From the IMG/VR virus record IMGVR_UViG_3300006923_000013, positions 21,788 to 85,787 of that record: a stretch of DNA of 64,000 nt. One strand, given 5' to 3'. The DNA is from a virus. The position numbers and the translations under genes were made by a program. The notes beneath the pieces are model-generated. The model was given only the letters and a program-made list of their open reading frames with translations, was not told the origin of the DNA and did no database searches. Numbering within the stretch: position 1 is the stretch's first letter; every line of letters starts with the position of its first letter. Below are positions 13,901 to 21,077 of this stretch, piece by piece.

Positions 13901-15164
13901 CTTCTTCTCTTCCTTCCCAATAAGCTCCTACACCTACACCACCAGCTCCTGCACCTGCATAAGCAGCTCTTCTTCCCCATTTACCTGTAGGTAAGAAGTT
14001 TTTAAACTTACTCCAAGGTAAGAACCCTATACCTGCTTCAATCACATCTGTGGCAAATAGATTTTGATTCAGGTCATACACAGCCCCTACAGTAGACATC
14101 GTTTGTTTTTCAAGAGCAGCTAACTCTTCTTCTGGCATTTCCTTGCCATTATTAAGCAGTCTGTATTTTCTTTTCTCTCCCTCAATCTTAGATTCAAATG
14201 CTTCGTGCATTTCTGCGTAAGATTCTCTATTTCTAGAGTAAAGCTGTGCAGCAAGTGCTCCGCCGAATCCTACAGCGAATCCAATAGTACCTCCAACTGT
14301 TACTCCACCTGCAGCTCCTGGTCCTGACCATATAGTCGCACCAAGTCCTACTGTAGCCCCTACAAGTGCTGTAGCCTTTCCTGCAATATAAGGAGCAGCC
14401 ATACTCGCCCCCATTGCTTGTATTTCAGACATAGTTCCACCTAAATGGTGTGCAAGCTCCATCCAACTGTCAGGCCAAGCTCCTGGATTTGCTACATCCT
14501 GATCAATCCTATGTTGACCATATTTTCCTAAATAGTCAGATGCAGCCTTATGTTCTATTTCGTTTTCTTTTATATCTTGCTCATAATCAGCAATATCATC
14601 ATCGATCTCTTGTAAAGCATCGAGCTGATCTTCAGTTGGTACTCCTCCTGAATTTTTAATATCTTCTTCGATTATGTTCTTTCTATTAGTAGCCTCAAGG
14701 ATCTCTCCTTTAGTAGCACTTATCTGAATAGCATCTATATTCTGCTGAAGAGCATTCCATACATTACGTATTCCACTCTTTTCTAAGATCTCTTCTTTAG
14801 TACTTACAACCAGTGCATCCTCAGGGTTAAAACGAGGATCACTGTTTAAAAGCTTTCTATCTTCTCCTCCTTTATTTATATACTTAAGTAACTCTGATTT
14901 ATAGCGTTGCTGAAGATACCCCGCTTTATCGGCTGTATAAGCATCCTGCTCTTCGAAAGAACGTGGGTCTTCTGGTCCATAAGGATTTATGGGATTCTCA
15001 AAAGGAAGCTCAGTATTTGGAGGGATTGGAGTTGTTGCTGTGCCTTGCTTATTTTGTAAAGGCTTATTCTGAAGTTCAGAGCGTAAGCTTTCGCTTTGCT
15101 CTACTTCCTTATTTTCAAACTGCTCTACATACTCTTCAATAGGCCTGTGTTGTTTAGCGCTCAT
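1986..15164 (-). CDS. Virion-associated RNA polymerase polyprotein (crAss-like double-psi-beta-barrel vRNAP) with zincin domain and C-terminal nucleotidyltransferase-like domain, 4392 aa
   Basis: Catalytic GSDFDIDKMF (~6310-6335) plus conserved blocks ADGQGYIS, YRIPNQGMSSI and AYVDIAKDPY; HEAYH zincin motif (~10527-10541); VGSLAL...HDLDF (~2730-2810); Gly/Ala-rich hydrophobic segments near the N-terminus. Confidence 0.93.
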   Translation of the reverse strand: MSAKQHRPIEEYVEQFENKEVEQSESLRSELQNKPLQNKQGTATTPIPPNTELPFENPINPYGPEDPRSFEEQDAYTADKAGYLQQRYKSELLKYINKGGEDRKLLNSDPRFNPEDALVVSTKEEILEKSGIRNVWNALQQNIDAIQISATKGEILEATNRKNIIEEDIKNSGGVPTEDQLDALQEIDDDIADYEQDIKENEIEHKAASDYLGKYGQHRIDQDVANPGAWPDSWMELAHHLGGTMSEIQAMGASMAAPYIAGKATALVGATVGLGATIWSGPGAAGGVTVGGTIGFAVGFGGALAAQLYSRNRESYAEMHEAFESKIEGEKRKYRLLNNGKEMPEEELAALEKQTMSTVGAVYDLNQNLFATDVIEAGIGFLPWSKFKNFLPTGKWGRRAAYAGAGAGGVGVGAYWEGREEGDQFLIKNGYLRGDYDDLERLESIVNSMGLAAETTGGMVNNSINRILDYRVAGGRTESKEFKASVDAGVMLGGVMGGTRTVGELGIRTAQKVVDNQMYGSDAEDFVEQVYDRYMDAEHNKAMSEWLFTKLQEKGGAKKLNKLLNKIEKSFPDIAEKMDMPKAREMVLVASAIHSNVNQEKFKSLSVEDKSTAFRALISNYSTGERLAEDISNAESEIQKVIAGLPAPTTEKEQGMSELIALKAELNVARAKLKRIKALPGTTDMRLAAINKIQEDYYTKILKGTKATEHKEAVPGLEKQYKTMLEQHGHTTTKSIPLNKDLQDLNNTAFAAKASKRENDVTRELIQSASNGETLMANPFIQDFGKTLERPEVKEKEPTIAKQNQEGLEENALVEYKDSNGQAQHGNLRITTDQEGNATYGVWNGEIEVPVERDNITLIVPIEEVKAENATSHGKQQNAKNEKKEQEAEKAKKAKEEEEEGSDDVDDLFSKFDEPVVPVIPVVDDALFENAEETAEEHAPEETGEVKADVGPEVVVEPEVVPTVNTSFENAEKVEHDNQDGNSGPKTEENTTEEEAVEPEPSFTDAKKPISLIGSIRNGIHITDLFLKYINSLPSIFFENKEVRYEIDFDSKYWYASSIIKDKYRNKITPPKDAPVGDLAKLHINVWIKDPKTGVEYSVNLQSGLTGDQSNKEATALLRRKIYKQYVAGEPAFGTISKYQEVRAFWNELRSRDGVKENIGEHFSIKSLFPDGPVVLGVKNDFEITGGGTTVGFDTGTKANNGVVYAMVVDPATEEPQSVKLNQRGLNENEVFDLLDILEFYKKARSKSSRYWRNEIDTGLSILQYLEMLTYSFESREYAKQHYTLGAGKGFSPFINTALVIEENQAYFYDGEAGDFVQLTESTKEQFIAWALANKKRQVHSTALNKSIFDIFTSETMSLKKRGSIVFQGVTYLEDEYDKYNEHFLTENNSEDVDMHVMRTDTKLDDQLRPKHLVHSASKFIFNTEVHNKSREEKEEKKKEDTKTAAKKETTNEGHNFQFGDDMENLSMEVEVGDDTSEKAPKEKFNEIKARAYLKRVLGDTVPVNIQKSLISLGRKGAYAYGVFRKGMITLSEQAVHGAEYHEAYHAVEELWLAPEQRRGLDIQTRQQFGVPTKAMIKEIQSKHKDITEEVAEAIYYSEIRAEEYRYWETTGETAGVGEKVIRWFKYIKALVGYMMNPKTRMHTDLLFYRMSAGYYANTKPISAKVEAWRSGKGLHALAMERLPLDPRTVEQTVNITLHHYIDNAGGIGGVHNIKDIESFEANAKESKKLHAFFKAYLEFKVKRAETIENEKPFLNARKLLLREVDVLVEHAELRLQQLGIRENEETRKDNADVLAASKSPFETSGKQNATTTTRVFFSFLPLFDKNGELVTNVDTGLPVMANPGHMWNTVEALLADTVTYTNEQGKTISSYDQMMVKLETLSVSDRTFESLYTRVKALPINERTQFFNAMSKSNSNFLTVLYQNLVYEVKGQVQKSLLYKFIDPQQQGKAYRIRDRWFENHKELPLYSKKEDKEGNLVITANKDVAARNSAMWLQVMLDLRNEGLTASTSHTTRIFLEHLGIEMSEEGLEQAFNLISPEFKTARRIFIGGMSKLMGTGSTYSMGTLAGKGKNKGNVAVDFVENHMLKESFVMKLAAGEAVVTEDFGQTTILGPEGKTYWIYSLNNFFKKRTLQMNRSSYYADELLKSPYHGQSQLLKQLKKGKKLVYKTFNTYKKQGGNDHGTDYKGLNPADEYTLRVNMTLKHTYSPATMADKGVWMLYKGVEYLTPSDINMIEYNKKTDTYIIPPHILKIFSTYAVTEMAAIYQADLQLFGKHALTDSQLIENYHYKGEDKKTGKLLRENANGTKFVTFPSFNDEEFLQKIGFKVGKTIVHPVIKDLLEKPAFVSKMTDIINDRIRAEVGTALRYSTIQTNPNGGLKNHAIATKTFSAFSTLDGQTVNEAGEIVHSADVRTRRAIAAFGLNSIISNLEAMQVYAGNPAFYFNMDELSKRMPSLIAPGQDLNLAVGEEFFKMAVLRDIEEPSAYFGEYLASYKAANKKHGWGFSEADIKRILKPYSKVNQADGQGYISLERWAFIMKRLGRWDNSKIDEIYKRLLAGAGTAKDMKFIAAMPLKGMHYELRPYKGLMVPTYIKYSQAVLFPQVVKGTDKLETLYATMTDKTNPIDEVIFESGIKVGAQSPKHFTGEGKLKLNVMTLRNEYWKLQQDLRPHTASESLEGSQVKRNLLANIRINAQYTLDGKKVTGQNLIKQAHDIDRELSNMGKDKLYEEFGITTNDEGDPQITDYTKLHELIYKEFSKKESTPRKLLDSLELRADKRGFLRPLHSHPYADKIDQLIGSIITARTVKLKMPGGSYIQLSNFGFKRTKRWSSLTDAEKAEIEMVTNPNDLKPGISEVNKGGEFVKFSRAQIMLPSWFRDLIPNYEKMSSAEIQKYISDKRLLRGIAYRIPNQGMSSIDAFEVVGFLPKSMGDAVVAYDDITAKTGSDFDIDKMFIMLPNFGVDKNSGKPYYIEYKESMKGPILPPTEKQIEAIQEKNKKGTTSKEKATEIYYSKKRAIRKKALQNRKLEIYDAVISDPKTYIDLITPLDSIGVKFRAAKVRFFENYTTVFDHKMRARGEALIAADKLEDFIKFVTDAMSVKGDLEWFSASFQVDVKQQFVGGKTGVALTARQLVDHAISQFSLSDNVSEESPLYFSENLGIGNKTKSGFSDLSQIYNTAKGTITNIISGRLNAYVDIAKDPYIFYLNNNEFTANTVFLLDRLGANPEWTDMFMSQPILKEWVEYAQYTRAGNTKRIWDEKTKKTLTDKEAVLRDYKKKYIETMEGEGMSYINAEKAFKDEIKNINSKFGSNTLKLDNLLNISTLEEGIKNKEATDIEHIIHQLTVVETFFHLRQRASVLSSAIGASKQDVEGAGGGMVNSLVSERKLSDALQDTGLRGIAARFENTMLAKYRDNSTSLMLSLFKDSFNIGSAGFGSALWQIEEMSNNEYFSKNPEKLRRAYRDLYSMYLAKKAKSLTQEKFQELVISDNNIVNQLAFWQTSSKSPIKENRLIKYLLASKGNISNIKDEIGSITVPNTQEKDGVSKDLLTEAWEQLYLHEDKKVQAFAKDLALYSFIVSGYTNKLFSFHELMPLSLEDELFDRFNEEANTIEVSDGKGGSAVVSDTTDPGLFSRAELDIFFRNNSHNTDLVPEISDKFAEKVTSELGLEVYGFATGDTSLVKTELIDGREEVTRVTKYVTVNERLYRHAGWNSKQLPVYVVVNKLGKNDRGKTLFEPFLREGKGSNINTNNIILLDKALQKNVIVGTTFATKKLKEAGILVEVELSTSPNETTDVNTLFHLEENSFLNEVERAATLMENAADLQSVFDGKELKPSDKEFLAENGFSQDEIDIIERWLQRNALIYKGKPFNVLMAYRFSSLLEGHKDIVAKMQTLGEKADKKLDNYLADFLEEYGVIVTERSMQDMEERYGEGVLGVAHTLRKVIDIAKEDRTKMVMPEEFSHMLVDLVGVKSDLIKPLMQNITSWGKFGAIKRAYAKNRLYQNIDGSPNMEKIKKEAIGQIIGEAIIYANEKRVPKGKFLKLAYEAYEAILKIAKSIASIPVEIMADEIAQQVLSGDKKFMETYGRAKDKNFTLKTFEEGATKFPKAFEVMETAISKLNAVLVGSLALRSQGNVYRDKAETLHDLDFVIPESKRHFDTIQEVVQWLETDVKKEIPNFIPIYVFRPEKDEKIVVNAIITTHPHLVEKFVSLKGNFNKRLDKFTKEEQSQMLLIDFFLNTEHEVVTEQGHASWVSIFEAKFSDALSRDKDYYDHRNFIPHDNENREFSPAQESDFVFLHFTVPQIFAIGNKYLNKGTLGKGKDKKLQKKGKYFYGFKHDHAKSANYIGHINNTVFNKSPVLKLVRTERGMRAQIRPEKYISKDDLNDDPHTKDNCK

Positions 15165-15169
15165 ACGTA

Positions 15170-15177
15170 CAAAGATA
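15170..15177 (-). promoter_or_regulatory. Bacteroidota housekeeping-sigma -7 element TATCTTTG (TAnnTTTG)
   Basis: Exact consensus match in the 24-bp gap, 5 nt upstream of the vRNAP ATG. Confidence 0.5.
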
Positions 15178-15188
15178 ATAAGTTAAAT

Positions 15189-17789
15189 TTAGGCAGGTTC
15201 AATATGCACATGTCCTCCATGAGATAGAACTTTATACCCTTTAGGCTCTAATTCTGCTTTAATAGATGCAATTAACGCTGGATCCTTTATATTAAAATCA
15301 ATTGCTGATCCTACTCTATGTTTGCTACTAACTGCGGCAGGACTTCCAGTATTTTTAAGAAACTTTTGAAGTGCTTCTGGCCTTCCCATAGAATTGACAT
15401 TTATACTGGGAACTCCATTTGCTTGCGCCCAACTGTCTACAGCAGTAAGTATAGCTTTTCCCTCATTTGATACATAAGGAGCACTTACCTTACCACTTTT
15501 AATATCTCCTTGAGTAGCTATGTTACTATCCCAATTAAGAGTTTTATAGGCAGAACTATCTACTTTAGTTAAATTATTAGCTTTACCCCACTTATCCATT
15601 TGTGCTGTATATGTGGCACCATCTATAGGAGTATTGTCTCCTTTACTGAGATCTAATCCAAAGTCATCGATTGCAAAAGCGTCACTTCCAAAGGAAGCAA
15701 GTCCTTGTTTTTCCATCGCCGCACTAAAATTATCATGTACTTGGGCCAAAGCTTGTTGTTTAACATCTGCAGGCCAGTCTGATTTTCTGATCTGATCGGC
15801 TCTACGTCCAAAATGCTCTATTGCAGTAGTTAATTCACTAAATGATTTAACAAGTTGAGGATTCTTAGTTCGTGCGCTGGATGCAGTAATATTTAACTTA
15901 TTTTTTATTACTTTTTCATTACCGTCTAACTCTAAATTTTTCAGTGCTAAAAGTGCAGAATTATGATAATTACTTACTGCCTCACCATTATCTCCTTTTG
16001 GCATCAGTCTATTAGCTTTCTTAAAGGCTGCATGCTCTATAGCAACACCCATTCTCTCCATTTTTGCATTGTATTCTGCCTGTTTTAAGAGCTCTGCCTG
16101 TCTTTTATCTACTGCATCTATATTACGTGCGTCTCTTTGTTTAGTGGTAGAATGTTTAAAGTCTCTGTCTTCTCTTGCTGTTCGATCACTTCCATTAGGA
16201 ACTAATATTTGCATAGAGTAAAGCTCTTCACCGTCACTTTTACCTTCAGATTTAACAAGTCCAAGAGTACTGGTAACTAGAGACCTTAGATTCCAGTCTC
16301 CTTCTAAAAATAAATCTTCCCAATCACTGTGCTTAAGCCATGAACTGCTTCCACCAAAGAAAGCCGTAGCTTCAGTATCTGTAAAAAGAACTTTCGCCCT
16401 TGTATACAGTTTCCCATTGATCATAGTTGTATTATTTACATCTGGAATTTGAGTTTTAATGCGATGTCCTCCTAAAGAGCTTGTAAAGTTATGAATAAGT
16501 TTTGCGTGTCCGTCTGTTAAATCAGTTTCTTTTATATATGTTTCATAGAAGTCTGCTTTTCGTCCTTCTTCTATGTTTTCAAAAGGATCTATGCCAGAAT
16601 CTAAATACTTTGCTTCTTCTTTTACACGAGCTATAAGTCGCTTCTCAGCAGCCGTTTTATTTCCCTTATCTGCAAGTAGTTCCATTACTGTACGAACATC
16701 TGCATCATCATAGAAATCTTCAAGCTCCATTCCAGCTAATCGTTGTGATTTTGCTTTATTAGCATCGTATCCTACATCTCCTTCATGGTAGGTTTCTCCA
16801 TTTAAGGTATAAGGAAGATTATTAGCCTCTAACAAAGGTTCTATATATACCTTTGATCCTTGACCTAAATTCATAGGAGTAATTAAGATATCAGCTCCAT
16901 TATGGTCTATTTTCTCAGGCTTTCCATGTACTAAAGCAAGGGACTCTGGACTCACTGTAACATGTGTTTCTCCCCCTGATATCAAAGGTTCATATATAGT
17001 TTCGTGTGTATAACTTCTTGACGCTGCTACTGCTGCCGCCTCTTTTTCTTGTTGTTCTTCTAATGTCTCTGCTTGTGTTCCGCGATTAAGGTTCCAAACC
17101 TCTACAGCTTTGTTTTGGAGTTTATCGTGTGCAAACTTCTCCAGTGCAACGGGATCGTTTATATCTCCATCTTGATCAAAGAATGCTTGTACAACTCTAG
17201 GATCTTGAGCGAAGTTAGCTGCACCTTGAGCTGCTACCATTTGTAAGAACTTCAAATCCGTTGCAGATTCATCTGGTACATCATCGAAATACGCTTCTGC
17301 TGGATCATTTAAAGTTACTGTACCTATATTTCCTATTGAAAGTCTTCCAGTACCACCTAGATTATTAACGTCCTCTGCAAAGTTTCTATTAGTTCTAGGA
17401 TCATTTTTACCAGCTAAGATATTAGCTTGTCTGGCCTTTTCTCCTGCTACTGCAAAATCAGCATTATATTGAATATCAGCAAGTCTTGGATCACTGGCTA
17501 TTCGTCCTATTTCTTTTGTAAGACGTCCTGTACTTCCACTAAGATCCTGTTCAGACGCAGTTTTCATGTATTCATCGAATTCCGCCTGTTTTTGCTTTAA
17601 ATATACTTCATCATCAGAATTTGGAACGTAATCTATATCGAATAATTCGTCCTTAGCAGTCTGCAACTGTTCAACAGCTTTATCTTGTCTCCCTTGCTTA
17701 TATTTCGCCGCACTAAGTAGCTCTGCAAATGGATACTTATATGTATAATCGACAGAAGGGACCGAAGTAGTCTTATAGAATCTTCCCAT
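15189..17789 (-). CDS. Virion cargo protein with C-terminal M15-type (LAS family) peptidoglycan peptidase domain, 866 aa
   Basis: C-terminal S-x-x-R...SSKHRVGSAIDF...HVH matches the H-x6-D...HxH zinc ligand pattern; lies between the cargo gene and vRNAP. Confidence 0.75.
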   Translation of the reverse strand: MGRFYKTTSVPSVDYTYKYPFAELLSAAKYKQGRQDKAVEQLQTAKDELFDIDYVPNSDDEVYLKQKQAEFDEYMKTASEQDLSGSTGRLTKEIGRIASDPRLADIQYNADFAVAGEKARQANILAGKNDPRTNRNFAEDVNNLGGTGRLSIGNIGTVTLNDPAEAYFDDVPDESATDLKFLQMVAAQGAANFAQDPRVVQAFFDQDGDINDPVALEKFAHDKLQNKAVEVWNLNRGTQAETLEEQQEKEAAAVAASRSYTHETIYEPLISGGETHVTVSPESLALVHGKPEKIDHNGADILITPMNLGQGSKVYIEPLLEANNLPYTLNGETYHEGDVGYDANKAKSQRLAGMELEDFYDDADVRTVMELLADKGNKTAAEKRLIARVKEEAKYLDSGIDPFENIEEGRKADFYETYIKETDLTDGHAKLIHNFTSSLGGHRIKTQIPDVNNTTMINGKLYTRAKVLFTDTEATAFFGGSSSWLKHSDWEDLFLEGDWNLRSLVTSTLGLVKSEGKSDGEELYSMQILVPNGSDRTAREDRDFKHSTTKQRDARNIDAVDKRQAELLKQAEYNAKMERMGVAIEHAAFKKANRLMPKGDNGEAVSNYHNSALLALKNLELDGNEKVIKNKLNITASSARTKNPQLVKSFSELTTAIEHFGRRADQIRKSDWPADVKQQALAQVHDNFSAAMEKQGLASFGSDAFAIDDFGLDLSKGDNTPIDGATYTAQMDKWGKANNLTKVDSSAYKTLNWDSNIATQGDIKSGKVSAPYVSNEGKAILTAVDSWAQANGVPSINVNSMGRPEALQKFLKNTGSPAAVSSKHRVGSAIDFNIKDPALIASIKAELEPKGYKVLSHGGHVHIEPA

Positions 17790-17791
17790 AA

Positions 17792-20700
17792 TTATTGTCC
17801 TAGTAGTTTTTGAATCATACCTCCTAAGAAGTATTCTTGTACTTGAGGATTAGGATTTTGTTGCATATTCCTCAATATCATTTGTATGTCGTTCTGTTGT
17901 CCTATTGGTTGATTGAACCCTTGAGGCATTTGTCTTCTTTTAGCAAGTAAAGTAGCTAACGATTCTGGTTCTTGGCCACCAACTTCTCCACCGTCTTCCA
18001 TAAGTCCACCTAATAGTCCACTAAGCATACCACCTATTCCACCACCTCCACCATCTTCTTCTTTTTTATCTCCACCCCCAAGTAACCCACCAAGTAGTCC
18101 ACCACCTTCTCCGCCACTAAGAGCTCCGAGTACAATAGGGGCCGCTTTAGCTAAAAGTGGCCAAAAGTACTCCTGCAATCCTGTATCGGGATTCGTAGTT
18201 CCAGAACCTCCCATAGACTTTAGCATGTTCTTCTCTGCTTGATTAACATGAACAAGTTCAGTATCTCCAAATCTTCCTTTCTTCTTAAGATTTTCAACTG
18301 ATGCTCCTCTTCTATATCCTCGGATTGGTCCCCCATATCTTGATTTTTCCACTTCGTCTTTATTCTTAAATAGATTCATTAATGTACTTACCATATCTCC
18401 TTGTTCGCCTTTCTTAGTAAAGGTGCCGTTGGTCTCTTCGAATCCAGTTGCACTATTGGCTGCATTGGATAATTGAGTATTGGTAAAGGCTTGGTTCATA
18501 GCTTTAGCTTGGTCCAATCCTAATTTACCTGTTGTAACTGCATTTTGTCCTAAGGCAGTATAATAGTTATCGAGGTTCTGTAGTGTTCGTACAGCTTTTG
18601 TGTCCTCTCCTTGCATTTGTCTGGCTTCACTTTGATTCTGAAACTGTGCAAGTTTATTCTTTTGAGCTATACTCATTTGATCATAGCCTAACTGGGTCTT
18701 CAAGTCTGCTTTTTGTTTTTGAGTATACGCATTTTGTAATTGTGCATTACGTGTTCCTGCAGATGCACTTTGATTACCTAATATCTGTGCTTTAAGGTCA
18801 GAACCTATTGCAGATAATGCTTGTTGCTTTTTAGCCTCTATAGTATCTAATCCTTGGTCTACAGTTCCTTCGGCTCTTTTCCCGAAGTTCCTAAAATGAT
18901 TCAGTTCTGCTGGAGTAGCGGCTCTATTAGCTTCAGTTATAGCCGCAAGTTCAGGGCCTAACTTCTGTAATATATCCATACCAAATTGATCTCCTGGAGG
19001 CTGTTTACTTTGCCCTTTGCCCATCTGACCACCTATGTCTTTAAACATATCAAGTATATCCTCCTGTCTACTTCTTGTTGGAGGTTCAGATATAGTAAGC
19101 TCAGGTGGAAGTGTTTTTGGGCCTGGAGCTGATTTTGGTATACTTTTAGAGGGCACACCAGACATTCCTTTCGGAGTCATTGGTACCATATCTCGTATTT
19201 TACTTCCTTCTAATGCAGCCGCATCTTTAAGTGTTCCTGGAATAAAACTAGGTAATGGAGCATATGGCATCTTCTCTATAGCTGGAGTGTCTACACTGGA
19301 AGTACTTCGAGGGTCTATAGGAGTAAAAGATGTTCTAGATCCTATATCCCTACCGTGTACAGCTTGCCCCGTACTCCAAGTCATTTGTTGTTCTTCCGAC
19401 ATAGATGCCCATAGTGCATTAGGATCTTTACCTATGGCTTCAGCATAAGAAATAAATTCTTCTGATGGATCTGTAATTACACTTGCTCCATCAGCATAGT
19501 TCATAATGCTATTTTTATGTCCTTGAGACAATGGTACTACCTTACCACCACGTTTGAATCCATTCTTAGTGATAGGCTTACCTTGCTGAAGCATCTCATC
19601 CATTTGAATCTGATCTACTTGTTCTTGCTGCTCTTTAGCTTTCTTCTCCTCTACTATTTGATTCTTATGTGCATTTTCTTCTGTTTCCAGATCTCCAAGC
19701 CTCTTCCTAATAGTATTCATAGCAAAGAGGTCTCTCTTTACATCTGGATCTAACATCTTCTCTTCGAGCTTTGCAGCTTCTTTCTCTCGCCTTTCTTTCT
19801 GTTTAGTGTGTTTTCCTTTAGGATATATAAATGTCTCTCCTCCTTCTACCTCTATACCTTCACCACCTTCTGCTTCTATTTCCTGTTGTCCTTGTCCTTC
19901 TGCAGGTGTTACTACAGCCATTCCACCATTATCATGTGATGGTCCCTGTAGTTTGGCATATCCTTCAAAGTTTTCGGGTATGATTAATCCACCATCAGGC
20001 CCTTGTTGCATACCTCCTGCTGGTGCATTTGGTGCAATTTGTCGGTCTCGCATCTGAAGTGCTTCCAGATGATTGGTATTTTGGAAATCTGTTACTGGTC
20101 CCCCGTCTTCCATGATTCCTCCTAAGAGTTCGCTTATCATGTCCATGCCAGGTATTTGCATGCCTCCACCTTTTCCGCCTTTGTCGCCTCCCATCATTCC
20201 TCCCATTCCTCCAGACAGCATTTGAGGAATCTGGGAAAGCATACCCATCATACCATTTCCTCTTCTTTCTTTTTGTTCATTATTACCTACAGATTTGAAC
20301 ATAGGATTAATATCCTGACGTACAACCTGATTACTCTGAGGCCCAGAGCGTACTCCCATCTGCTGATTATTTTTTACTCCTTTTTCTATATAATGTTGAG
20401 TAAGATCTTTCTGTCGAGCTAACTCATTGGCTTTATTGTTTCTTCCTCCAAGACCTTGCATCAACTGCGGCAATTGTCCTATCATAGAATGTGGTCCTGG
20501 AACCTTATCCATCATTCCACTACCCATACTGCCTCCTTGTCCCCCTCCCATACCAGGAAGACCCATTCCACCACTTTGTCCACCGCCTTGTCCAAGTCCA
20601 CCGAGTATAGGACCTAATATATCCATAATACCTCCCATACCACCATCTTGACCACTTACATCTGGGGGATTGTCTCCTGGAGTACCTCCTGGAGAAGTTG

Positions 20701-21076
20701 GAGGAAAACAACCTCCATACACACAGTCCACTTCTTCTCCCAGCCCATACTTAGGAATATTACCACCTTGCTCAAATGGTAGCTTAAAGTTACCAAGTCC
20801 GCCTCCACCTATTCCGCCAGGTAATTGCATACCTCCTCCTCCCATTCCTGGGAGATTCAATCCATTCATTTGTGGCATAGCACCCGCTATTCCGTTGCCA
20901 CCGCCTCCTAGCATACCCATAAGCTGCTCTAGTATTCCTCCCTTATTATCTGTATCGTCACGTACAAACTGATCAAAGCGCCCAGTTACCTGACCACCTT
21001 CATCATACTTATTTTCTTTTTTAAAGGTCTTAGCTAAGTAACTGTACTGCTTTTGACGTTTTTTTGAATGCTTCAT
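17792..21076 (-). CDS. Gly/Met-rich low-complexity virion cargo (ejection) protein, 1094 aa
   Basis: Directly after the muzzle gene; GPSHDNGG...EAEGGE block, coiled coils, repeated xxxGG motifs and amphipathic Gly-rich helices. Confidence 0.72.
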   Translation of the reverse strand: MKHSKKRQKQYSYLAKTFKKENKYDEGGQVTGRFDQFVRDDTDNKGGILEQLMGMLGGGGNGIAGAMPQMNGLNLPGMGGGGMQLPGGIGGGGLGNFKLPFEQGGNIPKYGLGEEVDCVYGGCFPPTSPGGTPGDNPPDVSGQDGGMGGIMDILGPILGGLGQGGGQSGGMGLPGMGGGQGGSMGSGMMDKVPGPHSMIGQLPQLMQGLGGRNNKANELARQKDLTQHYIEKGVKNNQQMGVRSGPQSNQVVRQDINPMFKSVGNNEQKERRGNGMMGMLSQIPQMLSGGMGGMMGGDKGGKGGGMQIPGMDMISELLGGIMEDGGPVTDFQNTNHLEALQMRDRQIAPNAPAGGMQQGPDGGLIIPENFEGYAKLQGPSHDNGGMAVVTPAEGQGQQEIEAEGGEGIEVEGGETFIYPKGKHTKQKERREKEAAKLEEKMLDPDVKRDLFAMNTIRKRLGDLETEENAHKNQIVEEKKAKEQQEQVDQIQMDEMLQQGKPITKNGFKRGGKVVPLSQGHKNSIMNYADGASVITDPSEEFISYAEAIGKDPNALWASMSEEQQMTWSTGQAVHGRDIGSRTSFTPIDPRSTSSVDTPAIEKMPYAPLPSFIPGTLKDAAALEGSKIRDMVPMTPKGMSGVPSKSIPKSAPGPKTLPPELTISEPPTRSRQEDILDMFKDIGGQMGKGQSKQPPGDQFGMDILQKLGPELAAITEANRAATPAELNHFRNFGKRAEGTVDQGLDTIEAKKQQALSAIGSDLKAQILGNQSASAGTRNAQLQNAYTQKQKADLKTQLGYDQMSIAQKNKLAQFQNQSEARQMQGEDTKAVRTLQNLDNYYTALGQNAVTTGKLGLDQAKAMNQAFTNTQLSNAANSATGFEETNGTFTKKGEQGDMVSTLMNLFKNKDEVEKSRYGGPIRGYRRGASVENLKKKGRFGDTELVHVNQAEKNMLKSMGGSGTTNPDTGLQEYFWPLLAKAAPIVLGALSGGEGGGLLGGLLGGGDKKEEDGGGGGIGGMLSGLLGGLMEDGGEVGGQEPESLATLLAKRRQMPQGFNQPIGQQNDIQMILRNMQQNPNPQVQEYFLGGMIQKLLGQ

Positions 21077-21077
21077 C

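Noticed and set aside
17792-21076. Double-glycine bacteriocin precursor system
   Set aside because: GG motifs and amphipathic helices are suggestive, but there is no C39 peptidase/ABC exporter, and the gene occupies the crAss cargo locus.
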